A stretch of DNA of 63,386 bases, counting the filler, from Octopus bimaculoides (lineage: Eukaryota), in NCBI RefSeq assembly GCF_001194135.2. It is 10 parts of 9 records of this genome, joined end to end, with 100 filler letters (N's around TTAATTAATTAA, not from the genome) between each part and the next. Parts side by side here need not be neighbours in the genome. Positions count along the whole stretch, not along the records: positions 34,727 to 47,494 come from NC_068985.1; positions 47,595 to 51,948 come from NC_068987.1; 8 more parts are not named here. One strand, given 5' to 3'. Below, one piece after another: positions 37,293 through 48,419 of the stretch; within the stretch, counting starts at the first letter, position 1; every line of letters starts with the position of its first letter. Both the position numbers and the translations under genes were made by a program. The notes below the pieces were generated by a model. That model ran no database searches. It had not been told where the DNA came from and was given only the letters and a program-made list of their open reading frames with translations.

Positions 37293-38479
37293 TAACTGTT
37301 TATATATTTTTGCCATATAGCTGTTATTCGTCTTTCAAAATGGCCTCAAGTTACAAGAGATACTCAGTGGTTGCTGTAGTAACCTCAGTAATATAAATAC
37401 GCCTCTCCCCCAAATTATTTTCTAACAAAAAAAAAAGAAAGAAGACAGTAAAAAAATCAAAGAAACAGAATTTGAAGCTCAAACACTTACAGTTATATGA
37501 AAGATGCAACAGAGAACAGTTTAGAAAACATTAATTTCGATGGAGAAATATGGCAGTATTCACAGTAACGACAAATTCACCAGCAATAACAAGATTCTAT
37601 CTTTTATGAACGTTGTAATTGAAAAGGATTTAGTAGAGGCAAGTCAAGGAAAGGTAGAAGAAATGGATGAGATGTATCACAAAATACGATGCCTCCTGGC
37701 ACCATTTTCATCCAAGGGAGAGAGCAAGGGAAAATGATATTTCTATGTTTTTTAAACAAATGGAGAGGCCTCCATATATCATAGAAAAAATTTAGAGTAA
37801 GTCATGACTGATTCGTGACAAGATGTACGCTCCATCGACCAGCGCAAATTATATAGAAATATATAACTTGTCATTAAGGCCAAAAATTTGGCAAGGGATC
37901 CAGTAGAGCTGGTTCGTCATGCGTACAATGTAGTGAGGTGCCATACTACAAGTGCCTCAGGATTATGAGGATCATGGCCAACGATTTCGCAGTGATCTGT
38001 TTATTTGAGCAATGATTAGTGAAATGTGTTTTAAGAAAGTAAAGAGAAGGTGAACTGATACGTGTCTGTCTGAGCAGGATTTGGATGTGAAAGTATATTC
38101 CAAGTGATATCTACATTGTCAAGAGGAGTGTAAAGTTATTTAAGAATCCAGAACACAGTGGGTCGGCTACGGTGCTTTGTTAAGCGGTTGTGGGTTCAAC
38201 TTCAACCATACGTACTTTTCATTGGCTTGAAACTAAAGATGTAGCACTGAGCTTAAGATTTGTTAATGGTTTACCCAATTAGCTGTATCGTAGCAGAATA
38301 ATATAGAGAGATTATTTCTTCAATTTCTTTCCATAATTAAGATTGTTTTTTTTTTTTCGTAAAGATAAAAATGTAAGGTAGCTTCTCGGGTGCGAGAAAG
38401 GCTTTTCTGAAATCTGTTGCTAAACAGCCTGCACAGATGATCTGTGTATAGTGATCAAATGTTCATGCTGCACATTAGC

Positions 38480-38662
38480 TTACGCATCCCACCCAATCAA
38501 ACCTCCATGATCTGTACAGGTGTATGATGTGCCACACGTCAGAGCAACGTGAGATGAAGTATTTTTGCTCAAGAACACAACACACTACCCGGTTTGAGAA
38601 TCGGGCCCACGATCTCGTGATCGTGAGTGAAACATCCTAACCATTAGTCGATGCACCCTCAC
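38480..38662 (-). mobile_element. tRNA-headed SINE, A-like head
   Basis: ttgctcaagaacacaac...gatcgtgagtgaaacatcctaaccattag. Confidence 0.6.
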
Positions 38663-40208
38663 GCACATAAGAATAATAATCTTAAAACAGAAAAGATAAC
38701 CAATGGTTAACAATAAATCTACTTTTGAAAGATATTCTCTCCTACGGCTGCACTTTCGATATTTTGTGGACCTCACCCAATCTGAAGAATCAATCGTTTC
38801 GGAAGAAATATATTTCCAAAAGAAACTCTACAGTCTTCAAGCTTCCAAATAACTGTAGAATTTTCCCGATTAGTGTTGGGTTTCATTTTTCTAGCAAGAG
38901 CAATAATTAAATTTATCTTCCGTCTATTTGACTCTAATAGAGAGAAAATAGTAAAATGAAGTCCAATGATATTAATTTAAAAGTTGTTAAGTTTGCGGAC
39001 TGATTAAATTTTTCTTTAACTGTCTGAAAGACGTTATAGTGTTACTAAAATCTAGTCAAATAGACGAAATATGAACAGTTATATCTTTCTTTCTCTTTAT
39101 TCTTCAGTAAAGAAAAAATTGTAAAATTGTTTATGTTCTATTCGTGATTATTTACTTATTTCGTTTTCATCTCATCAAAGGTTCTAGAATATAGAAAAGT
39201 CAATAAGCAAAATGTATTTCTCTTTCATCGTTTATTTGATGGAAAGACTAGACTCTATGGAATTCTTTCTTTTCTTCTTTTATTTATTCAAATAGACATT
39301 CGACATGACGTTGCTAAAGACAAAAAGAATTATAAAACGAACAACAAAATTGCACAATAACATAATGAAAACCAACATCATCAACAGCAGCAGCAACAAC
39401 AAAGGCGTAACCTAAGCATGTCTTCATATTTCGCACAACTAACGGATACAAATTAACTGGTGCCTCTCTTCTACTTCTGAGGGTGATGAACTGCTATTGT
39501 TTTTGTTTTTACTTTTCATCTTTTTTCTTCTTCTATTTACATCTCTTTTTCTTCTTTTTCTCAAACCTCTTTTCTTATTATTGTTTCTATATTGCTTTTT
39601 AATTTTTTTTTCTTTATTTTTGCCTCTTAGTTTAGCCACTTCAAATGCCGTTTTACTTTTATATATTTAGTATAACATTTACACGTGATATTTTGACCTC
39701 CTCTGCGTATGCGAGGAAAGCGAATGCATTGGCGAATCATAAAACACAGTGTTAAAGTAACATATGATGTTTTCATGGGCGCCAAGTTAAAAGATATTAT
39801 ATTAACGAAAACAGTCTCAACAGATCTTTTTGATCGTCGGTTCTTATTATTTCGTTTACATTTGTTTCGCTCTAAGAAGTTCAGCATTCCGTAATGGAAG
39901 AAAGTAATACAGCGCTCAAATGAAATTTAAGATTCCGTATCTAAGATGGCGACAACTCATAACAAAGGACAAAAATATCTTAAGATTGTAAATCACATTG
40001 AGCACTTATTATTACATATTACTGAAGAAACGAATGTGGGTGGAGGCTTAGGACTTAAAGTAAAAAGCGGGGTAGAAAACAATCTTGTTATGCTTTAGTA
40101 AAACGAAATCAAGAGAGGAATATAAACGACCATACGGTGCCAAGGATAAACGTTTTGATTATATATGCATGTGTTTGTTTGTAGTTTTATATATATATAT
40201 ATATGTGC

Positions 40209-40209
<1 letters not shown>

Positions 40210-40281
<72 letters not shown>

Positions 40282-40450
40282 CATTTCTTTTATTAGCCAC
40301 ACAGGGCTCAACGAAGATGGGACAAATACAATGTAGAGCTTTTCTTTTTGGGAGGGGGAAGAAAAGAAAAAGGGTGGGGGGTCGATCAAAAGGATCGTAG
40401 GAAGGAAAAGGGGGTAGTTCGATCAAAAGGGATAAAAAAAAAAAATTTTT
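40210..40450 (-). mobile_element. Retroposon 3' end with (TATC)n tail (family H)
   Basis: 77 bp (40278-40354) identical to 47411-47487, both abutting (GATA)n. Confidence 0.7.
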
Positions 40451-41325
40451 AAATAGATAGATAGATAGATACATAGATAGATACATACATACATACATAC
40501 ATACATACATACATACATACATACATACATACATAGGTAGGTAGGTAGGTAGGTAGGTAGGTAGAGAGGGAGAGACAGTGTCAGGAAAGGGCCATCATCA
40601 TAATACAATGAGAAAAATTTTTTATGTAATTTTAAGTACTTATACACTTATGTAGTATAGTGAAGCGATAAAAAATATTAACAATAATAGATATCAATTC
40701 ACTGCGATTTTAGAAAGCATGAACGTAAGTCCTGACGTATTTCGACCGTATCAAACCTCCTCAGCGAAGCATAACAACCTCTGTAATTGGCAGATTAAGA
40801 ATAATAGAAACATTATATTTGTGCAGCGTTGTATAAGAGTAGGCGTCAGTAATTATAATAAGTAGGGAAGAAAGTTGCTGAGGGACGCTATGGGTGCGAA
40901 GAAAAACGGCCCCGAAAATCCCATCGAATACATTGTAGTGAGGGAAAAAAAAAACTCAGATTAAATTAATATTGGTCATTGAGATAATGTTTTCTCCTCA
41001 TCACCGCATAAGTATAATTAATTGATTAAATATTTGTTCTTCACTACATTAACTATGATGGCACTAATTTGATTGTTATTTATCAGACGAATGGCGTCCT
41101 TGGATAATTTNNNNNNNNNNNNNNNNNNNNNNNNNNNNNNNNNNNNNNNNNNNNNNNNNNNNNNNNNNNNNNNNNNNNNNNNNNNNNNNNNNNNNNNNNN
41201 NNNNNNNNNNNNNNNNNNNNNNNNNNNNNNNNNNNNNNNNNNNNNNNNNNNNNNNNNNNNNNNNNNNNNNNNNNNNNNNNNNNNNNNNNNNNNNNNNNNN
41301 NNNNNNNNNNNNNNNNNNNNNNNNN

Positions 41326-41379
<54 letters not shown>

Positions 41380-42644
41380 CGTATATATTTTTGTGTTTTT
41401 GTTGTGCGTGTGTGTGTATGTGTGTGTGTGTATGTGTGTGTGTGAGTGGGTTGGTGTGTATGTATGTATGTATGTATGTGCGCGTGAGTGTATATATATA
41501 TATATATATATATATGAATATTTATATGAAAATGTATATATTCATAAAAATATTCAAGTATATACAATATTGTATATACATATGTGTGTATATATGTATG
41601 TATATGTATGCCTGTATGTATGTATGTATGTATATATGTATATATGTATATATGTGGAATATATGTAAAATATGTATATATGCATATACGTGTGTATATG
41701 TATATACATGCATCCATGCATATATATACATACCTCCATACATACATACATAAAAGAAAACGCGTAATTCACTTCATTGATTCTAGCGAGAAAACTTGTG
41801 TAGCAACGGTGTTCCTCATAAGATTTTTCAAATAAACTTTGCAACAAACACACACACGCACATACACACGCACGCACACACACGCACATGTATTCACACA
41901 CGCACACATACACACGCACACCTTGTGTGTATGCTTATAACTCCCCAAACTGTATATGAGAGAAAAAGGGTGCGAAGTGGGGGGACAGAGCGGTTGTGCA
42001 TACAAATTGGCAGTCATTGGTGGCGCCTATATAAATTGCCGCATAGTAATATGGTATTTTATGTCGTTTTTTTTTTCTTTCTAGCCGTGCACACGCGCGT
42101 GTGTGCTTTTTGTTTGTGTCTGTGCGTCTGTGCGTCTGTGCGTATGTGTGTCTGTGCGTATGTGTGTCTGTGTGTTGAGTTCAATTCCTGCCGAGGTCAA
42201 ATTTTCTTTTCTTCCTATCGGAGTCGTCTAAAATAACCAATTCCAAGCGGTTGTTTGGTTGGTGGGGATTTTAAATGGTTGGATAAGATGTTTTGTGATA
42301 TCTGTGCAAACCCGTTGAAATGTATATTTAAAATGTTCGTATAGCCTCCAAAGCCGTTTGTGACACAGGTAGAAAGATTCCACATTGAATTCGAAACTGG
42401 TTAGTTTACTTGCCGCTTAGGTTTGTTGTACAAAGTTAATGAACCTATGTGCTTTTAATTTAGTTATCTTTGTACAAGATAGATCATTAGATTGGTTAGA
42501 AAATAGCAGCTAGATCTCCCTCAAATTACATCTGCCGACTAGTTAAATAGCCGAATAGTCAAACAGTCGAATAGACAAAGCTTAAATTTCGATGAAAAAG
42601 TTTGTTTGGAGATTAATGTGTTAGGTTTTAACAACAATAACTCT

Positions 42645-42835
42645 AATTTTGGCACAAGGACAGCAATTTTGAGAGGAATGTGGAAGCCGAATACATCGAC
42701 TTGTTCTTACTTTGTCGACCGTGAAAGGATGAAAAGTAAAGCCGACCTCGGCGGAATTTGAACTTAGAACTAAGGCTGGAAGAAAAGCTACTTAGAATTT
42801 TGCTCGACTAACGATTCTTTCAGCTCTACCACCTT
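42645..42835 (-). mobile_element. SINE family C
   Basis: ttttggcacaagg...gtcgaccgtgaaaggatgaaaag...ctcggcggaatttgaac. Confidence 0.8.
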
Positions 42836-43217
42836 GTTTTAATAAACAACTATAACAAAGCAAGCTACAGATAAGAGAGCATTTAACATAGATCTTACGA
42901 TTTGTATCTACGTAAGAAATGGAAAGAAACGAAAACTGGAAATAGAATATTTTGGTGTTCGAACATTTCCGTGGCTCATTTTTCCGAGAATGACATCAGA
43001 AAAATCTAATCAATCCAGGGAAATTTTCAATGTGGAGTCTGTACTAATAACTCAATTGCTCTACATACTTATTTGGGTTACTGCTATATATTTTTAGATT
43101 ATAATACATAATGGATTGTATGTTATATGCTTACATACAGCTTTTACACCTAAGAATCTTCTTAAAATGATGAACTTGAAGTAAACGTATTTAATAGGAC
43201 ATTTTATTATCGGTTGG

Positions 43218-43435
43218 TTAATATGGGTCGGCAAACAGTTTGTTCCCTAAAATAATAAACAAGACCATTATTAGATTCATTGATCCGGGTACGTCTGGCT
43301 GATGATACACATATCTAAATATTAGCATTCCATAGTCGCTTGTACTAATGACTTGTGTTATGAAAATATACTTGTCGTAAAGAAGTTGTTCTCCTACGCC
43401 GTACACATCAGCGATTAGCATGTCTGTGTTCAAAT
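43218..43435 (-). CDS. Possible exon, weakly CUB-domain-like
   Basis: Acceptor tttccgcag; 71 open codons LNTDMLIADVYG...QVISTSDYGMLIFRY; no partner exon found. Confidence 0.25.
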
Positions 43436-44396
43436 CTGCGGAAACGTATTAAGAATGAATATGCGACACGTCGCTTCGAATTTTGCTTTTCCCCGTGCAT
43501 ATGACGATTCATTTCAGTTTTGTTTCACTCACAATTCAAACAAATTGCAAGCAAAAATTGCTAAAAGTATTAACTTTATAGACAACTTTTACACCTAAGA
43601 TTCCTCTTAAAATAAGAAAACTTGAATTCAATGCATTTAAGTTTTATTTCACACAATGTATTTAAGTTTTATTTCAGACAAACTGCAAATTAAAAAGAAA
43701 GAAAAGACTCTTTAAAGATTTGAGCTCACATTGTCAAAGTCTGTTCGCCTTAAGCTTTTACTTGCCATAGAACATGTAATAACTTTATATCTTGATTTTT
43801 CCAATTACCATTTTCTTCTTCTTCGAAAATATATTCTATGATATTTATTTTATTTCTTTTCCACTTTTTTACCCTAGAGATTCAATGTTTTCGACCAAAT
43901 CAGCTGTAAAGACTGTAAAGACTGTAAAAACTCATTAATTGTCATTTTGTGTGACAGATATTTCCAAGTAGTACTATCTGTTAGTTTGCATACAAACATT
44001 TTACTGACAATTTGTTTGGTAGAAGATTTTAAACTCATGCTATACTTCGCTCACCAGAAACAAAGGAAGTTTTCCTTGACGAGAGAAAATAATGGGACCC
44101 ATTGGAGACGACGATCGAGCGATTTGTATGTTTGAACGTATGTTTATCACGTTGAAGTTATAGAAAAGGTGACAACAGTGACTGGGAGCAAGATATATTT
44201 TTGCAATACGAAAAACGTACACTCAATCAAAACACACACACACACACACGTGTGCATATATGTGGGAGAGAGTGTGTGTGTGTGTTTACTACTATTTGAT
44301 GGCAATATAAGATTAGTTTATTTATATGAGACATATTAGTGGATGTTTGCTTTCTGCTATTTGCAGACATTGTTATATAAATGTGTGCGCGTGCCT

Positions 44397-44437
<41 letters not shown>

Positions 44438-44759
44438 GACGCGCACGCACACATAATGAAGGCAATTAATGAACGAAAATGGAATGTTTGCGGTTTCGAG
44501 TAAACACAAGACTAATGGTTTGTATTCGAGCTACGTGTATACTAAGATTTCCTGAATAGATTTATGCAACGAATTTTCATAATAATGCTCTATAAAGATT
44601 GATTCTTGCGTTATAAAATCCCACGAGAATCGCAAGCGTTAATTTTTACCTTTTTCTTTTTTCTTTTTTTCTATCTTATATACTTTCTCTTTGTTTTGTG
44701 AAGTAATTTAAGCCCCGGTTGGATTTTTTTGTTTTTTTTTTTCATTTTACTCATTTCAG

Positions 44760-44830
44760 GTTATGAATTACTTCACAGCATCGAAGCAGAAGCTAAAAGA
44801 AAAGAAGCAAATCAGATGAGAGCTAGATAA
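44760..44830 (+). CDS. Candidate terminal exon of the SLC22-like gene
   Basis: Strong poly-T acceptor ttttactcatttcag; (G)YELLHSIEAEAKRKEANQMRAR* resembles the PETK|GxxLPxTIEE junction; AATAAA near 45104 and 45114. Confidence 0.4.
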
Positions 44831-45161
44831 ATCTGTTAAGCCTTTTTTTCCCACCTTTCATCGCCTGTAAGTAATGACTTATTCTGGTGCCATTAAGATG
44901 CGTACTTTAGTTGAGATAAGAGACGAATAATCTTGAAGCTAACGCTTACTGTGCATAAATACAGCATTTCTCGATATATGGATAATATTTTGAGTAAAAC
45001 ATAAGGAAAAATGCAAACATAAATATGAACACTTAACATAATATTACAAAAACTTTAAATACATATTCGTGATAAAGTTGCAAATTTTGCATATTTATCT
45101 TTGAAATAAAAGTAATAAAACCATTCCATGTGATATTCTTTTTACTATTATTGTTTAGGCA

Positions 45162-45392
45162 AAGGCGGCGAGCTGGCAAAACAGTTAGTACGCCGGATTA
45201 AATGCTTAACGACATAACATCCGTTGTTATGCTCTGTGTTCTAAGTTGAAATCCAGCCGAAGTCGACTTTATCTTTCATCCTTTCCAGGTCGATGAAATA
45301 AGTATCAGTCAAATACTGGTGGGGGGGGGTCGACTTAATCGATTTGCCCATCCCCTCAAAAATTGTTGTGCCCGTGCCAAAATTTCAAACTT
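45162..45392 (+). mobile_element. SINE family C, full length
   Basis: aaggcggcgagctggcaaaacagttag...gtcgactttatctttcatcc...gtgccaaaatttcaaa. Confidence 0.85.
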
Positions 45393-45717
45393 TCATTATT
45401 GTTCAGTCAGAGAAAATGAAGTGGTGGTCATGATCTTTGGAGGACCTCGCATGCAGGAAAGGTCAGTAGAGTTGAAGTGCTGGTACATATATAAATGTTG
45501 ATACTTATGAGAAAAAAGTAAGAAATAAGCTCTAGGAGTGACGCATTCTGAGAAGTTGACAAGCTAAACATTTAGAGGGATGCAGAGCTTGGTGTGTAAG
45601 ACAGAGAAAGGAAGATAGGATGATGAAGATTTACCGTGTGTGCTGGGGTAAACATTGTAAGAGGTTGCTAGTTCAGAAATACAGAAGCTGTTGTTTTAGC
45701 AATATTTTTTTTTACTA

Positions 45718-45919
45718 TAGGCACAAGGTCTGAAATTTGGCGGGAATGGAATAAGTGATTACATCGACCCCAGTTCTCAAGAAGTAATTATTTTATCGAC
45801 CTCGAAAGAATGGAAAACAAAATTGACCTCAGCGGAATTTGAACTTAGGATGTAAAGACGGACGAAATGCCGCTAAGCATTTTTGTCCGGCGTGCTAACG
45901 ACTCTACCAGCGCACCACC
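45718..45919 (-). mobile_element. SINE family C
   Basis: Reverse complement of 45162-45392. Confidence 0.85.
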
Positions 45920-45943
45920 TTCGTTGTTATGAATCAAATACAG

Positions 45944-46025
45944 GACGGCGAACTGGCAGAATCGTTAGCAGGCCGGAGAAAATGCTTAGCGGCATTTCGT
46001 CCGTCCTTACGTTCTGAGTTCAAAT
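45944..46025 (+). mobile_element. SINE family C head only
   Basis: gacggcgaactggcagaatcgttagc...gttctgagttcaaat. Confidence 0.85.
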
Positions 46026-46082
46026 GGCCGTTAGTCCAGACGAGGAAAGTTTAAGAATGTATTCAAGTGAGTGTGTGTGTGT

Positions 46083-46124
<42 letters not shown>

Positions 46125-46953
46125 GTGTGTGTGTGCGTGCGTGCGTGTGTGCGTGCGTGTGTGTGTGTAATACTGTGTTGCATATATTTGTGTGCATTCA
46201 TTTGAATAGAGGGACGCAAATACCTCATCACTTTTTTCTTTCTTTCTTTGTCATTGTTGTTGTTGTTGTTGTACATTGTCAACGAGGTAGCATGTCACAT
46301 ATGATTGAAAATAATCCAAAGAGCAAAGGATAATTTAAAATGACGGAAGCTGTTAAGAAAATTACTCAAAAAGTGTGTGGAAGAGGTTTAAAAAATCAAA
46401 GATGAGTGAAAATGTGAAAATGAAACGAGAAAATCGAAGTGAAATCATAGTTAAAAAAAAACAAGCACAGATCAAGGAGTAGGAGGAGGAGATTAAGAAA
46501 AATAAAAAATAATAGAAAGAAGGATTCTGCGAACTCAAGGAATTGAAAATGATAGATGAGGGAGAATGAGGAAAATTTTGTAGAGTGGATGGGGAGATGA
46601 GTTGACAGGTGTTAAGGAAAGGGAACATAATTAAGAAAATACAAATAAGATAATTGATATAACTAGATTCGTAATTAACAACGAAAACTAAAAAAAACAA
46701 GCATATTTTTAATGTACACGCATAAAAACACACGCGCATACACAGATAGACAGACAGAGAGATAGATACATACATACATATACACATATACACACATATG
46801 CGTATACACACACACACGCACACGCACGCACACGCACGCACACACACATATGTATATATATATACAGATATGTATATAAACATGTTTTTATATATAAACA
46901 TACATGCGTACATACATACACACATAGATACACACATGCATACATACATACAC

Positions 46954-47144
46954 GCAGGCGTGGCTGTGTGGTAAGAAGCTTGCTCCCAACTACATGGTGC
47001 TGGGTTCAATGCTACAGCGTAGCACCTTGAGCAAGTATCTTCTATTATAGCCTCGGGCCAACCAAAGCCTTATGACTAAATTTTAGTTGACGGAAACTGA
47101 AAGTAACCCGTCGTATATATGTGTGTGTGTATGTGTGTCTGTGT

Positions 47145-47184
<40 letters not shown>

Positions 47185-47362
47185 ATCCCCCACCACCATT
47201 TCATAATCGGTGTTCGTGTGCTTATGTCCGTGTAACTTAGCTGTTCGGCAAAAAGGACCGGTAGAATAATTACCATGCTTTAACAAAATAAGTACTGGGA
47301 TCGATACATTTGACTAAAAGTTCATCAGGGCAGTGCACCAGCATGGCCGCAGGCTAATAACT
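46954..47362 (+). mobile_element. SINE family B, full length
   Basis: Head gcaggcgtggctgtgtggtaag, internal (TG)n, tail ccagcatggccgcagg. Confidence 0.9.
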
Positions 47363-47394
<32 letters not shown>

Positions 47395-47396
<2 letters not shown>

Positions 47397-47494
47397 TAGA
47401 TAGATAGATAGATACATTTCTTTTATTAGCCACACAGGGCTCAACGAAGATGGGACAAATACAATGTAGAGCTTTTCTTTTTGGGAGTTGGGAA
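47395..47494 (-). mobile_element. Family H 3' end
   Basis: Identical to 40278-40354. Confidence 0.7.
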
Positions 47495-47594
47495 NNNNNN
47501 NNNNNNNNNNNNNNNNNNNNNNNNNNNNNNNNNNNNNNTTAATTAATTAANNNNNNNNNNNNNNNNNNNNNNNNNNNNNNNNNNNNNNNNNNNN

Positions 47595-47632
<38 letters not shown>

Positions 47633-48419
47633 TATGTGTGTGTGTGTATGTGTGTGTGTTTGTGTGTGTGTGTTTGTGTGTGTGTCTCTGTTTGTGTCTG
47701 TGAGCAATATTGGTACTCTGAAACACGTATAGAGTGTAAATCGACCGATGGTAACAGATTTCCGTGTTGAATACATTGAGTAAATTCCTTAGGGGAAATT
47801 AACAGATATGTACATTCTGTGCATGTGTGTGTGAATTTGCATGCGCTTATATATATCCGCGTGATTTAGTATGTTTATTTATTCATATTCTTTAGCTTTC
47901 CAGTTTGATTTAGCAACGCAGCTTTGTCCATTCAATAACAGTCTTTCGTTATGGAATACTGATTTCGCTAAGTGCAAATATGTCCTACTTTTCAGAGTAA
48001 TACAAGACTTAAATCAACAAGTGCGTTTTGATTATACATACCCGACGCAGCTTTTGCGATAGAAGAAAATGTTAGACATCAAATTTGTTGCCTTGTTCAA
48101 GGATTATCTTATACAACGATTTCACAGCTGTGTTGAAATGACCAATCATGTTAACTGGTCATACAATGAAAATCGTTGCCAAACAGTAAGATATGGATAT
48201 TAGGATCACTGATTTCTCTGAATAGCATTTAGGAGAGAATTATCTGAAATGTCAATTGGGTAAGGGAAATATTACAATGCATCACCCTACTCCTCATTTT
48301 ATTAACTTTTTATATTATCAGATATATATTTACCTGTGAAATGGAACACGTTGATCGTCTAGTTGTGAGACAATATGATAGCTTCAATATGACCTAGGTA
48401 TTTGTATGACCTTCAATAA

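Noticed and set aside
42010-42050. Promoter-like ATTGG plus TATATAAA
   Set aside because: Such motifs are common in AT-rich DNA and no transcript evidence is available.
43958-44090. SLC22 penultimate exon (SPETK in one frame)
   Set aside because: There is an in-frame stop seven codons upstream of PETK and no GT donor in the required phase.
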